Of a DNA stretch of 64,000 nt, positions 27,131 through 41,269 are shown in pieces (the first letter of the stretch is position 1; the number at the start of each line of letters is the position of its first letter). The notes under the pieces were generated by a model that made no database searches, was not told the origin of the DNA, and was given only the letters and a program-made list of their open reading frames with translations. The stretch is taken from the NCBI RefSeq assembly GCF_006345805.1, contig NC_043008.1, forward strand, positions 69,006,001 through 69,070,000, read 5' to 3'. Source of the DNA: Octopus sinensis (taxonomy: Eukaryota). Made by a program: the position numbers and the translations under genes.

Positions 27131-27415
27131 GTAATAATAATATAATAGTAATAATAATAATAACGGGATGGGCTACTCAACCTGAGAAATTCTAACTGGG
27201 CCCCACCTGCAAGTTCTTGTGCTGTTTATCTTGATATGAGATCACCATGTCGCGCACATATGGTTGTGATGCAGGCTGGTGCCCTTTATCAGACGGGTAG
27301 TCATGATGGGTATATTGGGCTTCGTATATTTTACCCCAGTGTCACTTTGATGGCTGAACTGCTGCTCTCCCTCAATAATAATAATAATAATAATAATAAT
27401 ATAATGATAATAATA

Positions 27416-27447
<32 letters not shown>

Positions 27448-28091
27448 TAATAATAATAATAATAATAATGGATAATAATAATAATAATAATTAATAATAA
27501 TAATAATAATGATGATGATAATAATAATAATAAAATAATAATAATATAATAATAATATAATATAATAATACAGGCAGTGGCTCTATGGCTTCTGATCTTA
27601 ACTGATTGGAAGGTTATCATGTACATTGTTTTGTCTTGGTATAAAAGATGGGCTACAGCAAATATTCTGCTCAATACCACAGATTTGCTTGTCAGTTTTT
27701 TGACCATAAACAAGTTGAGCATGTCCTTAGTGGCTGACGATATGTGCATCTATGATCACGGGCAGAAGTAGTGGGGGAGCATCATAGCATTGTTGAGAGG
27801 GATTCTTTGGGGGTTGAATAATTCACCTCTGGAAATATGGGTGGTTTTTTCAAATCCATTTAAACAACCTTATTCAGGACCTTTTGAGCGGGATGGGCTA
27901 CTCAACTGAAGAAAATTCTAACTGGGCCCCACTGCAAGGTCATGTGCTGTTTATCTGATATGAGATCACCATGTCGGGCACATTGTGATGCATGTGCCTG
28001 GTTACCCTATCAGACGGGTAGTCATGATGGGTATACTGGGCTTCAATATTTTACCCCAGTGTCACTTTGATGGCATGCATGCTCTCACCTC

Positions 28092-28137
<46 letters not shown>

Positions 28138-28162
28138 TAATAATACTAGTAATAATAATAAT

Positions 28163-28198
<36 letters not shown>

Positions 28199-28210
28199 GT
28201 AATAATAATC
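26350..28210. repeat. Tandem arrangement of repeat family D embedded in (AAT)n: full units about 26535-27060 and 27568-28092, partial unit about 27165-27375
   Basis: Units are near-identical, including the interruption pattern of the upstream (AAT)n tract. ORFs 26273..26677 and 27372..27749 share an identical translation block. Confidence 0.9.
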
Positions 28211-28759
28211 AACATCGTCACAATCAAGATCATCATCATGGTTGTCATAATGCCAATACTTTCACCACAATGATCACACCGACGCTGCTTCCACCACCAC
28301 TGCCACCACCGCTTCCACCGTCACCACCACCGTCGCCGCCACCGTTGTCGCCACCGTCGCCGCCGTCACCATCAGTTCCATTGTGAATAGGGATATATGA
28401 TGCTGTATGATAGCATTGTAGTGTTGCATATTCTAATGACAAGAACCATATGATGTGGCTAAAAACTATATGGAGGTATTATATTCATTATAACCATATT
28501 GCAATAGTTCATTATATATGTCTGTGTATGTGTGTGTATGAGTGTGTTTGTGTATGTCTATGTATGTGTGTGTGTGTGTGTACATACGTATATATGTATA
28601 TATGCATTTCTTTGGCCACATGTGTTTTGGTTGGTTTACACACATTAAGAATCTATTGTAAAAATTCCCAACCACAACATTGGTATATACCTGAATGACG
28701 CTTCGGCAGTATCACACAATTGTGATGGCTTCACTATAGATTTCTTCACCAAGTAGTTG

Positions 28760-29700
28760 ATTTCCACTCTTAGTTCTTTAGAACCTAGAATTTCTACTTA
28801 TATTAACTCAAGATAAGTTCTTATAAAGGAAAATGTAAAATAAATAAGAACTCTTACTATCCACATATTGTATTTAAGAACTTAATTCCTAACATTATCC
28901 GTAGAATCACATGCCTTGTTTCATCTAGAAAAATATTAGAAAAGACTACCCCATTTTATAATAAGGCATTGCTGGAAAGCAGCTTCACCGATAAAATCTG
29001 TGATAATCCTCCTCCGCCTTCTCAACAATCTAGATTTAAAAATAGATCTCGCATTATCATATGGTTCGACCTGGGTTTCTTCTTAAATGCTAGGAAAAAT
29101 ATAGGCAGAAGAGTCTCACTCTTAGGTATGATAAAATATCTAATAGACTGAACTAAAATTGCATATTTCTATCCCATAATGTAAAGAACTACATCGATAA
29201 GCAACCGAAGACTCGGACAATTCCAGGATGCACCAGTAGATATAAACCTAGATATTCTCTAGGGCTGGTAACGCGATATATATTCCATTGTTTATATTAC
29301 AGAAGTAACAGCAAGCTACGGCACCGGCCGGACAGAGACCAAACGCTATATAGGATCCATGATGGGAAATTTAAACCTAAATAAAACAACTATCTTTCTA
29401 GCTTTAGGCATCTCGAGCAGAAAACATAATAACCCTCACGGTATTAATTTGGAGACTTAAGGAGGCAAACGTCAACACCATATCAAATAGAAGTTCCTTT
29501 TTAAGACCAGATCTCATATTAACGGCTCAAAATATTATTCCATATATTCTCTTTCAAAACATCTAAGGAACTCTTGGGACTGAATAAACGAGATATTTTA
29601 ATAATAACTGCATGTTACAAAATACATCTTAGCGGGAATTAGACACAAAACACTGGACAAACCATAACTCATTCTAGACTTGGTTTGTGACATTTACAAC
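28760..29700 (+). mobile_element. Degenerate Penelope-like element: RT thumb, linker and GIY-YIG endonuclease
   Basis: YPHIVFKNLIPNIIRRITCLVSS...TPFYNKALLESSF; RIIIWF...NARKNIG; IVYITEVT...KRYIGS (29344-29358); SSFRH...IWRLKE. Confidence 0.8.
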
Positions 29701-29920
29701 TTTCTTAAAAGACTGTCAATAATTGCTGTGCAGTTAATTACCACCCCGTGATTACTTTCTGTCTTTTTCAAAGTATACGTGATTCTTCAAACGTCGATTA
29801 TATCAAACGCAGACTTGTTGACTTTATCAGCCTGAGAAATGTCGAAATAAATTTAATATTTTGGTCAGGAAACCCTGGGTAGCTGAATTTTACAGACCTT
29901 TTTGTGTGTTTCTTAATTAT

Positions 29921-29959
<39 letters not shown>

Positions 29960-30138
29960 GCACGCACACACACACACACACACACACACAGAGGCACGCA
30001 CACACACACACATACACACACACACACACACAAACGAATATTTATGTGTGTGTATATATGTATGCATGCATGTATTCACGTATGCATAAAATGAAATTGT
30101 TTGGGATATGCTTTGTACGGTCTGTATACATTACTCTC

Positions 30139-30169
<31 letters not shown>

Positions 30170-30369
30170 AAGTGTGTGTGTGTGTGTGTGCGTGTGTGTG
30201 TGTATGTCTGTGAGTGCATGTGTGGACGTCCACGATATGTATGCTGCTGAGTGTTTCCCGTCTATGTGCCGAATTGCGGCCTCAATCTCTCTCTATCTAT
30301 ACATATGTACGTGTATGTATACGTGCGTATATATGCACATTATATACATTTGATATATACACTTGCTAA

Positions 30370-30401
<32 letters not shown>

Positions 30402-30602
30402 TTGCTATATATACATATATATATATATATAGATGTTTATATACATATATGTGCGCGTGTATTTTGTATGTTTGTGTATATCTCTTCATCACATTCGCTC
30501 ACCATTTCTGCCTCTCTTGGTTTTTATATAATTATGCGCCCATGTATTTGCTTCTCTATGAAATACGCGCCCACGGACCTATCTGCAGGTTTATATATAT
30601 AT

Positions 30603-31166
30603 AACTTATAAGTAAGGGCTAAAGAAAATTATTTCAAAGCCAATATGCTGATAACAGACTATTATATCGTCAATTTCCACATATAATCTACTCGCTACAG
30701 CAAAAAAATCGAAGAACTGAAGAGAAAAAAACTTCATCCTATATTAGTAGTAGACTTATTACTACTCGCTATAGGGACTGGTAACCACTATAACATGTAG
30801 TGGCGAACAGTCAACACGTTGTACTGAGGCTGACCAAAGAATTTTAATTTTCAGATATAACTGGCGTACTTAAATGTACTCATGTTTTTTGCTTCGGATT
30901 TTTCCATGGGCGCATGTAAGTATCTTATTTATATTCTCTCGTAAGCTCTACTGAAGAGGAATAAATCTTTTATGAGATTAATTCCGAAATTGATTCAATA
31001 TAGAGATAACGAATTTTAAAAATTCTATCGGCCAGCTTGCCCGACTTCAGTTCTTCGATTTGTTTTGCTGTAGCGAGTAGATTATATGTGGAAATTGACG
31101 ATTTAATAGTCTGTTATCAGCATATTGGCTTTGAAATTAGTTTCTTTAGCCCTTACTTATAAGTTG
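30603..31166. repeat. ~120-bp near-perfect inverted repeat (30603-30722 / 31046-31166)
   Basis: aacttataagtaagggctaaagaaa...atcgaagaactgaag versus its reverse complement, with only a few differences. Confidence 0.9.
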
Positions 31167-31271
31167 TTAATAATTTTAACCGTAAAGGTATTTTAATATG
31201 CTGCCACATTTCTTGATGGAATTTTTTTCTGTAAAGAAAAAAACTTCATCCTACATTAGTAGTAGTAGTAT

Positions 31272-31318
<47 letters not shown>

Positions 31319-31417
31319 TATATATTATATATATATATATAAATAATATATATATATATTACGGATATGTACTCGCATAGCAAGTAATTTGATCTGAGAT
31401 CGGGTCTGAAACGGAAA

Positions 31418-31645
31418 CAATTGCTGCGTGGAAGGTGTTTATAAGCCATTTAAGAATCACACAAAGCCGTTCAGTAAGGGAAGTCGGCAAAATGCTGCGG
31501 ATGCAGAACGGATTTTTGTCAGTGAACAGGTCGCGGATTTTAGCGACGAAAATATTTTGACAAATAACTTATATGTTGAAGTGAATCGAACGGCTTTTGT
31601 GTGTTTCTTAAATGGCTTTTAAACACCTTCACGCTGCAATTGTTT
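31418..31645. mobile_element. Short element with ~55-bp terminal inverted repeats (MITE-like, or an inverted PLE-type terminus)
   Basis: caattgctgcgtggaaggtgtttataagccatttaagaatcacacaaagccgttc / gaacggcttttgtgtgtttcttaaatggcttttaaacaccttcacgctgcaattg. Confidence 0.75.
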
Positions 31646-31708
31646 TATATATATATATTATATATTATATATATTATATCTATTATATATGATATATATA
31701 TATATATG

Positions 31709-31739
<31 letters not shown>

Positions 31740-31773
31740 ATATGTATATGTATATGTATATATATATATATAC

Positions 31774-31804
<31 letters not shown>

Positions 31805-32000
31805 TATGTATATAATATATGTTATATATATATGTATATATATGTAATATATGTTATATATATATATGTATATATATATGTATATATATATATGTATATA
31901 TATATATGTATATATATATGTATATATATATGTGTATATATATATATATATGTAATATTATGTATATATATGTATATATATATATATGTATATATATGTA

Positions 32001-32034
<34 letters not shown>

Positions 32035-32127
32035 ATATATGTATATATTATATATATATGTATATATATATGTATATATATATAATATATATATATATGT
32101 ATATGTATATATACACATGCATAGGGC

Positions 32128-32330
32128 TGCAAGCTGGCTGGTTCGTTAGCACGCCGGGTAAAAAACTTATAGGTATTTTGTCTGCCGTTATGTTCTGAGT
32201 TCAAATTCCGCCGAGGTCGACTTTACGTTTCATCCTTCGGGGTCGATAAATTAAGTAACAGTTGCGTACTGGGGTCGATGTAGTCGACTGGCCTCTTCAC
32301 CCAGAATTTCGTGCCTTGAGTAGAAAAGAA
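32128..32330 (+). mobile_element. SINE family C (tRNA-like head plus Deu/Nin-like core), near complete
   Basis: gttagcacgccggg...gagttcaaattcc (B-box)...gaggtcgactttacgtttcatccttcggggtcgataaattaagta. Confidence 0.85.
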
Positions 32331-32646
32331 TATATATATATATATACATGTGCAAATCTGTGTGTGTATACATATATATGTATGTTATGTGTGTGTGTGT
32401 ATGCATTTATATTTTAGTATATCTGTATGATTCTGTCTTCGTCAGTCGCTCGCAGATTTTGAGTGTAGATTTTAATTCAATTTGTTGTTGTTGCTATACT
32501 TAATGTCATTTTTATTAGACGCTATTAATTAAATATCGTTAATGACTAATAATAATCAGACTGAATACTTAATCTAGTTTATACTATCTATTAAGTCTCT
32601 GAATGCTGTGTTTCGTATGTGTATATACCTCTATCATTCTCTCCCT

Positions 32647-32737
<91 letters not shown>

Positions 32738-33254
32738 AATACATATATATATTCATATATACATTTATACATTATATTTATATATGTATATATACATACA
32801 TATGTAATGTATATATGTATATTCACAAACATCCATATATATATATATATGTGCGTTTATTTTGTGTTTCTGCATCTGGTACTTCAATGTCTATGCCTGT
32901 ATACGATGTGTAAATGTACATATATGAGAGGACATCCGTCTGTGTGTGTGTGTTTGTGTCTGTGTTTAATGGTGCTTGTCTGCCAGTATATCTCAGTGTG
33001 TGTGTATATATATATGTATGTATATATGTATATATATATATATATGTATGTATGTGTGTGTGCATATATATATATATAGGTGTGTATGAGGTTTATAGAT
33101 GTCTCCGTATATGTACATTTTTATGTGATTTTGTGTTTGTGAGACAATAGTTTTCTACATCTGTAGGCATAAATATATATATGTATATATGCATCTATAT
33201 ATATGTATATATATATGTGTGTGTGTATGTGTGTTTGTATATATATCTGTGTGC

Positions 33255-33297
<43 letters not shown>

Positions 33298-33842
33298 ACA
33301 AAGCCAATAATTTCAAATTACTTCAATATATCTTACCATTTTAATGTGTCTATCTTTATAGCTATATTATTGGCAGATCTCCAATACCACCACAGTACAA
33401 CACTATGATGACATCACATATAACCAATACAATATAAAACATTATAATGATGTCACACATACAATAGCACTACAATATATGAAGCAACACTACTGTGATA
33501 TATAAACAATATCCCGCGACAAGCAAAACTTTATTGATATCATGCATTTATAATAACTGCATTGCCAAATATTATGATGGTATCATACATATACTTTATC
33601 AATAGAACACAGCACACTATAGTGTTATACAAACAATATCACACTTCCAGAAACTATATTGATATTATACAATATCACCACAATATCATGCATTCATAAT
33701 GTCACCACATCCTATACCCTATTTTGATATGCATCCACTATCTCCACAAGACACCCAAGGCAATATCACACATATACTATATAACTACAACCTACAACAC
33801 TATGACGATACAAAAACAATATCACTACAACACAAAACATGG

Positions 33843-34211
33843 AAGCACTCCGTTGGTTACGACGATGAGGGTTCCGGTTGATCCGAATCAACGGAACAGC
33901 CTGCTCGTGAAATTAACGTGTAAGTGGCTGAGCACTCCACAGACACGTGTACCCTTAACGTAGGTCTCGGGGATAGTCAGCGTGACACAGACAGTGACAA
34001 GGCCGGCCCTTTGAAATACAGGTACAAACAGAAACAGGAAGTAAGAGTGAGAGAAAGTTGTGGTGAAAGAGTACAGCAGGGATCACCACCATCCCCTGCT
34101 GGAGCCTCGTGGAGCTTTAGGTATTTTCGCTCAATAAACACTCACAACGCCCGGTCTGGGAATCGAAACCGCGAGTCCGCTGCCCTAACCACTGGGCCAT
34201 TGCGCCTCCAC
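33843..34211 (-). mobile_element. Complete tRNA-headed SINE (fourth family) with ~14-bp TSD
   Basis: Reverse complement begins gtggaggcgcaatggcccagtggttagggcagcgg...ttcgattccc. Flanks are aacacaaaacatgg (33829-33842) and aacacaaaataatgg (34212-34226). A head homologue lies at 50270-50412. Confidence 0.85.
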
Positions 34212-34859
34212 AACACAAAATAATGGTGACATCATACATACAATATCACACAGATTGTAATATTATAGTGATATCATGCATAATCACCATAGTAGAAAGA
34301 AATATTGTGATATCATATATTTTACATCACACTTTACACAACAATACAGTTGATATCAGTGGCTATGACAAAAAAATAACAACAATTATATACTTTACAT
34401 GGCCATTGGTTTGGTATTAGATAGGCTAGGCTAACGGAGTCTGTTAAATTTATATTGTACCATTTGAATCGATGTTTACCGCTGAAACGTCTAGCAGGAG
34501 TGGTTAATCTGGGAGATTTTCCCCGCAACCCGTACATGTGGTGTCAATATAGTATGGTGATACCCTTCATAATATATTAAAAAAATGTACAAATCTATTG
34601 TCATATATTCAAATATTATGAATAATATAATACTGTAGTTTTATATATTAAAACTCGTCCGGCACGAACTCGCAATTTATGGTCACTTAAGTAGAAAGCT
34701 GCTTAAAATGTAAACTCTTACCATGCTATTCCTGTGTAGTAAAATATAAAGTTAGGGTTAGGGTTAGGGTTATCATGCATCAGGAATATTCCTTTTACTA
34801 CATATACATGTGGAGATCCGTAAATACGCAGGATTCGTATAAAAATTTATAAAACGTGA

Positions 34860-35045
34860 CAAGGCATTACTAACTGCTGTTAACTGCTAAGTTTTTCACA
34901 ATTACATATTATCGTATAAAGATTATATAAATATGATCCAGTTGTATCTGTGTACTCGCATGTCATCAGGTGAGTGGCTCTAAGAGCACTGCTGGATCAT
35001 GTCTAGTATCCCATTGTTTCATACCCATATTCTAATTTGAGCGTT
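34860..35045. mobile_element. Repeat family H (probable PLE terminal-repeat fragment)
   Basis: Homologous to 46860-47035 (same strand) and 47175-47340 (opposite strand). Confidence 0.65.
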
Positions 35046-35505
35046 CCTTTGATAAAGACTAACATGAAGATTCAAACAGACAGAAGTCATAAAAGATACC
35101 AAAATAAACTAATGAAAGTAAAAATCAAAAATATAAATTATTAAACAAATAGATTAAATCTAGTCAATGGAAATAAAAATCACAAACAAATATAAATGAA
35201 CAAAAGCTCAAATTGGCTCTTTTTAAACATAAACTTGTCTCGCCTTTTATTAATATAGATTAACACTCTAAGATTTAAAATTAAAAACTAGATAGATTCG
35301 TTATCTGTTTTGTCTATAAGCGTTTTTTTTTCAAAGTATGCGCGGTCAACTTATTGCCATCCGCTCGGAATACTTAATACCAGATAACTTTGATTCCCAT
35401 CACAACCGTATAATAAGTCATGGACAGCTTCTATCATACAGGATGAAGTTTATTCGCCCGCGCCCTTACATCTTCATTCGCATTGTGTATACAAAGAAAT
35501 GATTA

Positions 35506-35564
<59 letters not shown>

Positions 35565-35591
35565 ATCTATCTATATCTATCTATCTATCTA

Positions 35592-35627
<36 letters not shown>

Positions 35628-35635
35628 CATATATG

Positions 35636-36163
35636 TACAAAAATGGGACAAATACGCAAAACATCCAGACAGGTGATACAAAAAGTGACAAGACATCCAG
35701 ACAGACGATACGAAGAAAACAAGGACGAGTTACCCGTGCAACATCTATATTCTTCCCAGTGCCCGTAAAATCGTATGTCCCTGCCGTAAGGCTTTACTTA
35801 CACACACGCCAGCTTAATTTAATTCGTCCTTAGTCGGAGGACACCTGATAGTATGTCCTGTTATTTGCATTTGTATTTGTGCAACATTTCTCCATTTTTT
35901 TCCGTCCTTGTTTTCGTACACATTCGCTGTTTTCTTCCAAGGAATCTAGTGCTCTTAACTTAGCTTTTCCTTGGGGCTGGCTAGATTGGAGAAATCTCGC
36001 ATATAACCAGCCGAAATCGCAAAGATAATCTGGAACTCGACTTAGGATAGAAAAGCCTGAATGACCCGTCCTTGTTTTCTTTGTATCGTCCATCTGGATG
36101 TTTTGTTGTCCCATTTTTTATATCACCTGTCAGGAGGTTTTGCGTTCTTGTCCCATTTTTGTA
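35636..36163. mobile_element. MITE-like element with ~110-bp TIRs containing aaaatgggacaa / catccaga subrepeats
   Basis: 35636-35735 matches the reverse complement of 36060-36163. Confidence 0.75.
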
Positions 36164-36326
36164 TTTTTTATACTTAAAAAAAATATAGCGGCGTACGTAC
36201 ACTTTGGTCACTTATATGTAAGTATATATATATACATATACATGTACATACATACATATATATATATAAACATATACATATATATATAAAGACATACATA
36301 CATACATACACTCACACACACACACA

Positions 36327-36380
<54 letters not shown>

Positions 36381-36382
<2 letters not shown>

Positions 36383-36573
36383 AGAGAAATAACCTCTATT
36401 AAGTAATTCAATAGTGAGATATCTATATTAATCATATAGAAAAAATTTAAATCACTAAATTAAATAAAGTGATTTTTAGAATATTTTTTAAATACTTTTA
36501 AATTTTTTGCATATGATTTAATATAGACAATATAATTCACTATTGAATTACTTAATAGAGTTTATTTCTCTTA
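36381..36573. mobile_element. Small AT-rich MITE or hairpin with ~55-60-bp inverted arms
   Basis: taagagaaataacctctattaagtaattcaatagtga / tcactattgaattacttaatagagtttatttctctta. Confidence 0.75.
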
Positions 36574-36659
36574 ATTATATACATACATTATATATTGTGA
36601 AATTTGATTTAGAATTACTAAATAGAATTTTTCCCTGTAAGTTTGGAATTATATTCCCT

Positions 36660-37257
<598 letters not shown>

Positions 37258-37409
37258 CTTCTTCTTCTTCTCTTCTTCTTTTTTTTCTTCTTCTTCTCTT
37301 CTTCTTCTTCTTCTTCTTCTTCTTCTCTTTTCTTCTTCTTCTTCTTCTTTCTTTTTTTCTCTTCTTATTATTATTATTATTATATTATTATTATTATTAT
37401 TTTATATAT

Positions 37410-37449
<40 letters not shown>

Positions 37450-37493
37450 CACATCTATATGTATATAGTACATAATATACATATATATCAATA

Positions 37494-38076
37494 TCTATAA
37501 ATCTGAAATGCGAAAAGTTTGTTTGTTTGTCTGGTTTTAGCATTGGAACGGGTTAAAGGCCACTAGATCCCGTCGGATTGACTCCAAAATTTACAGGGAC
37601 ATGTAAAATGAGGTGAGGATGTGAGTGGATTAGGTTAAAAATCCCTATCTCTCTCGTTCCTCCCTTCCTTTCACATTCTCTCTATAACTTCGTTTGACAG
37701 CGTCTACTATCTTTCCCCGCCACCTTCACACTTTTTACCACATCCTCTCTATCTCTCTCTACGTCTGTCTGCATTCATAGAGAGAATTATTATCGCCACC
37801 ACCACCACCACCACACAATCATGAGAACAAATATTATGAATCATATATTTATTGGGTTAATTTATGTGTGTGTGTGTGTGTTCTATATATCAATATGGAT
37901 ATATAATGTATATATATACAAAGTGTATATATCTGTATTTATATCTATACATATATATATATATATATATATAGTATATATAATTTGTATACATTTGTTA
38001 TATAATGCCTACACACTTACACACACATATGTATATATATATAATGCGTTATATGTACAATATATATATTTAATGC

Positions 38077-38120
<44 letters not shown>

Positions 38121-39013
38121 ATGTGTGCATTATGTGGTCGGTTGAGCTGAAAATATGCACATCTATGTTAAAAGTGCTGGCGAATCTGCATGGCAACTAC
38201 TTTTTTCCTCAACTGAAAGTCGTGACCTCGAGGACAAAATTCCTCATCTTATAAGATGTGGCCCGAGTAGACCTGAATGAAATTGGGTTATATTAACCAA
38301 AATGTGAAAAGAGGTCTAAATGGGGCTGGAAGGGGATTAAAATTTATAGGAGCGTGTGTTTAGGAATTCTCTGTTACATCGAGCTAAAAAATTTGCGTCA
38401 GCCTTTAAATCTTCAATGTGTTGCCGTCCATGATGAAGAAGTGTTGAATGCTTGCCATGGTGAATCTACTGTCGTAAGAAAGAATCACTTCAAAACTTGG
38501 TGTTTAGGAATTTTCTTTTATATCAAGTTCAAAATTTTTCGCCCGTCGTTAAACTGCCACTACATTGCTGTCCGTCGTTAAGAAATGCCAGCCATGGTGA
38601 GTCTACTATCCTCAGATTCTATCCATTCAAACTTTGGTTTCCAATATTTTTAAAATTTTTATTCAGCTCGCAAGTTCGTTTGTCCCTTTTAAATGTTAGT
38701 GTTTTTCTGTCTGCCTTGAAGCAGACCTTTCCGTTGCCACTGCTTGATATTTATGATTGATCTTTCAAAATATTTCCTTTCTCAACTTAAGATCTTTTGT
38801 TGTTTATAAACGAGAGATAGATAGATAAAGATAGAGAGTAAGAGAAAGCGAGGGAGAGTCCGAGAGAAAGGAAGAGTAAGAGAGAGAGGGAAAGTGAGAG
38901 AGAAAGGAGAGAGAAACAAAGAGGCAGAATGTGGTGATAAAAAACAGAAAGGAAGCAACAGAAAGTAACAACCACACTCTTACCCGCGCGTAGAGCGGGT
39001 CACCTTAAGCTAG
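37494..39013 (+). mobile_element. Probable non-autonomous Helitron
   Basis: 5' A|TC followed by tttgtttgtttgtc (typical Helitron/DINE-like start). 3' hairpin acccgc-gcgtaga-gcgggt (38982-39000), then CTAG|T at 39010-39014. Internal two-unit ~140-bp tandem repeat at 38354-38630. Confidence 0.6.
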
Positions 39014-39309
39014 TATGTCTATATATATATGTTTATATATATATATATAACAATAATAACAAATGCCAAGGATGGAACGTGTGAATCCTTAGACGGCGCC
39101 CCTAACGAATCCGAGGGCTGGTGGCGCCGTGGCTGCTGCTAGCTCTCATATGCTAGGTGGTTCTTGAGGGATGGAAATATCTTCGAAATCCTGATCACCC
39201 AGTGGTGAATGCTAGTTCCGGCGGAGTCATCCAGTGCGGTTGTGTGACTTGGACTTAACCCTGCCGATGACTTGTCGACCGGGATTAAACCCACTAGGGC
39301 GAATCTCTA

Positions 39310-39745
39310 TATATAATAATAAAAGAAAACTTCCAATCAACGTGTGCTCAATTTATGCCCTCTCGAAGGATTCTGCCTACACAAAAAATGTCATATACAA
39401 ATGCACAACCCCAAGTACTGATATATGTAGGGAGTACTGTAGATTTAAGCGTAGATATCGCGCACATATAAATTCTTTTATCAATACTAAAACCAAATTA
39501 TTTACATCTTTAGCAACGCATATTCACAACCTTAAAGCGCAAGATATACAGTATAATTTATCTTGGTCAATAGTAACAGAAGTACCCCGCTTATAATTGA
39601 CGCACGCGTAAATGTAATCTTTGTATTAGCGAATCTCGTACTATTCTGCGTATGCATAACTCTTCAATGTTGAATAGGTTTTCTTGTTGACACAAGTATC
39701 TTTTAGCTCTTAAGCATCTTCATAACTACACAATAAGACCATGAT
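39310..39745 (+). mobile_element. Penelope-like GIY-YIG endonuclease fragment
   Basis: NVIYKCT...FKRRYRAHINSF...TSLATHIHNLK...YNLSWSIV, and after a frameshift RKCNLCISE...LN...HKY. Confidence 0.8.
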
Positions 39746-40650
39746 TCCATTAAATCTGAAATATAAAACTTGGCTGAGGCCTTCTTCAAGCCACCACCTC
39801 TCATGTTATTTATAGCTTCTTCTTAATACTAGTTTAATATCAACTCCATCTGCTATGTATAAAAATGTTTTAAAAAGCCATCTACTAGAGTAATAAATGT
39901 AGCTCTTTATAAACGGTTGTCAGCGACGGATTCCACAATAGCTACTAACAAATTGTAATCTTAACAACCGAATCTTCCTTGATGAAGGGGGCGAGGGTAT
40001 AGAATAAAATTTAGGTTCATCTTTGCACCACTATGCACCCAGAATCGGCCATCGGATATAAACCTCTGGATTTTCAACTTCTATACGGATTTACTATATT
40101 TTTTATATTTTGATTTTAAGCGAATTATAAAGCTTATGGATTTACGATATTTTAAGTATTTTTATATATCTAATATCGTTTTTTAAAAGTAAGTAGGACT
40201 ATATTTTTGTATATTCTTAATATATTCTTAACATATCTATATATATTTGTATCTATATATCTTTAACGTATTATTAATATATTTTGAGTATGCTTATATG
40301 CCTGTATATTTTTAGCACATGATGTGATGCATATGATTTCACAACACAGTATATTTTGGTAAGCTCACTTTTGTCTCTCTTCCTTATTTGAGCAAAAACA
40401 TTCCAATGTGGCCCAGTAACTTATACTGAAGAAGGTTGAGGCCCATCGGGCCAAAACCCGGAACCATGATTTATGAGCATCTGAATGACATAATCTTTAT
40501 AGGTATGCTTTTTAATTCTTTATCTGTTTCCTGACCTACTGATATTTTCTATTAGATGCCTTCAGGCGGTTGAATTTAGCTCTCATTTCTAAATAGGTTG
40601 ATGCTTACTGCATCCTTACGCTTCGTGCTAATTACACACACACACACACA

Positions 40651-40689
<39 letters not shown>

Positions 40690-41269
40690 TATTGCTCTGT
40701 TAAAATATTTAAGAAATATTATATTGTGTCCTACTGGTTAAAACTCTCATTATTTATTTGTGCACTGCATTTAAATTGATGTAATGATTGCATTGTTCAA
40801 TTAAATGGAGCCACTTCAAACGGTCGTACTGCATCACTACTTGATATCCCGTTGCATATTCTGATTATATATATATATATTATTAAAAAGCAGAAAAAAT
40901 ATCACAAAAACTGTTACTCAGAGTTTCACGGTTCCGTTCGTCGGACAGTTTTGTTTAGAATGGAGCAAGATAAAGTTATATGCAGAAATACAATTACTTT
41001 GATAGATACATATTTGACAATAGTTTTGTTTCATTGATCCTTTCAACTAACGTTCTTTTCAATAACCAGTTGCATGAAATAAAAAAGTTTCGGTTTAAAA
41101 TCAAATTATTATAAAAATGATTTTTATAATAATATATGTATATCCATGAATTAATGTGTATGCAAGTATATAAATGTATATACATACATAGATACATATA
41201 TATATACATACATATATGCATATAACTATAACTATCTATCTATCTATCTCTCTTTCTCTCTCTCTCTCT

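Noticed and set aside
26350-28210. CRISPR-like or other prokaryotic arrays
   Set aside because: No repeat-spacer structure is present; the tandem units are eukaryotic repeats.
28245-28442. Gly/Asp-rich ORF
   Set aside because: It is a degenerate (CCA/CCG)n trinucleotide repeat.
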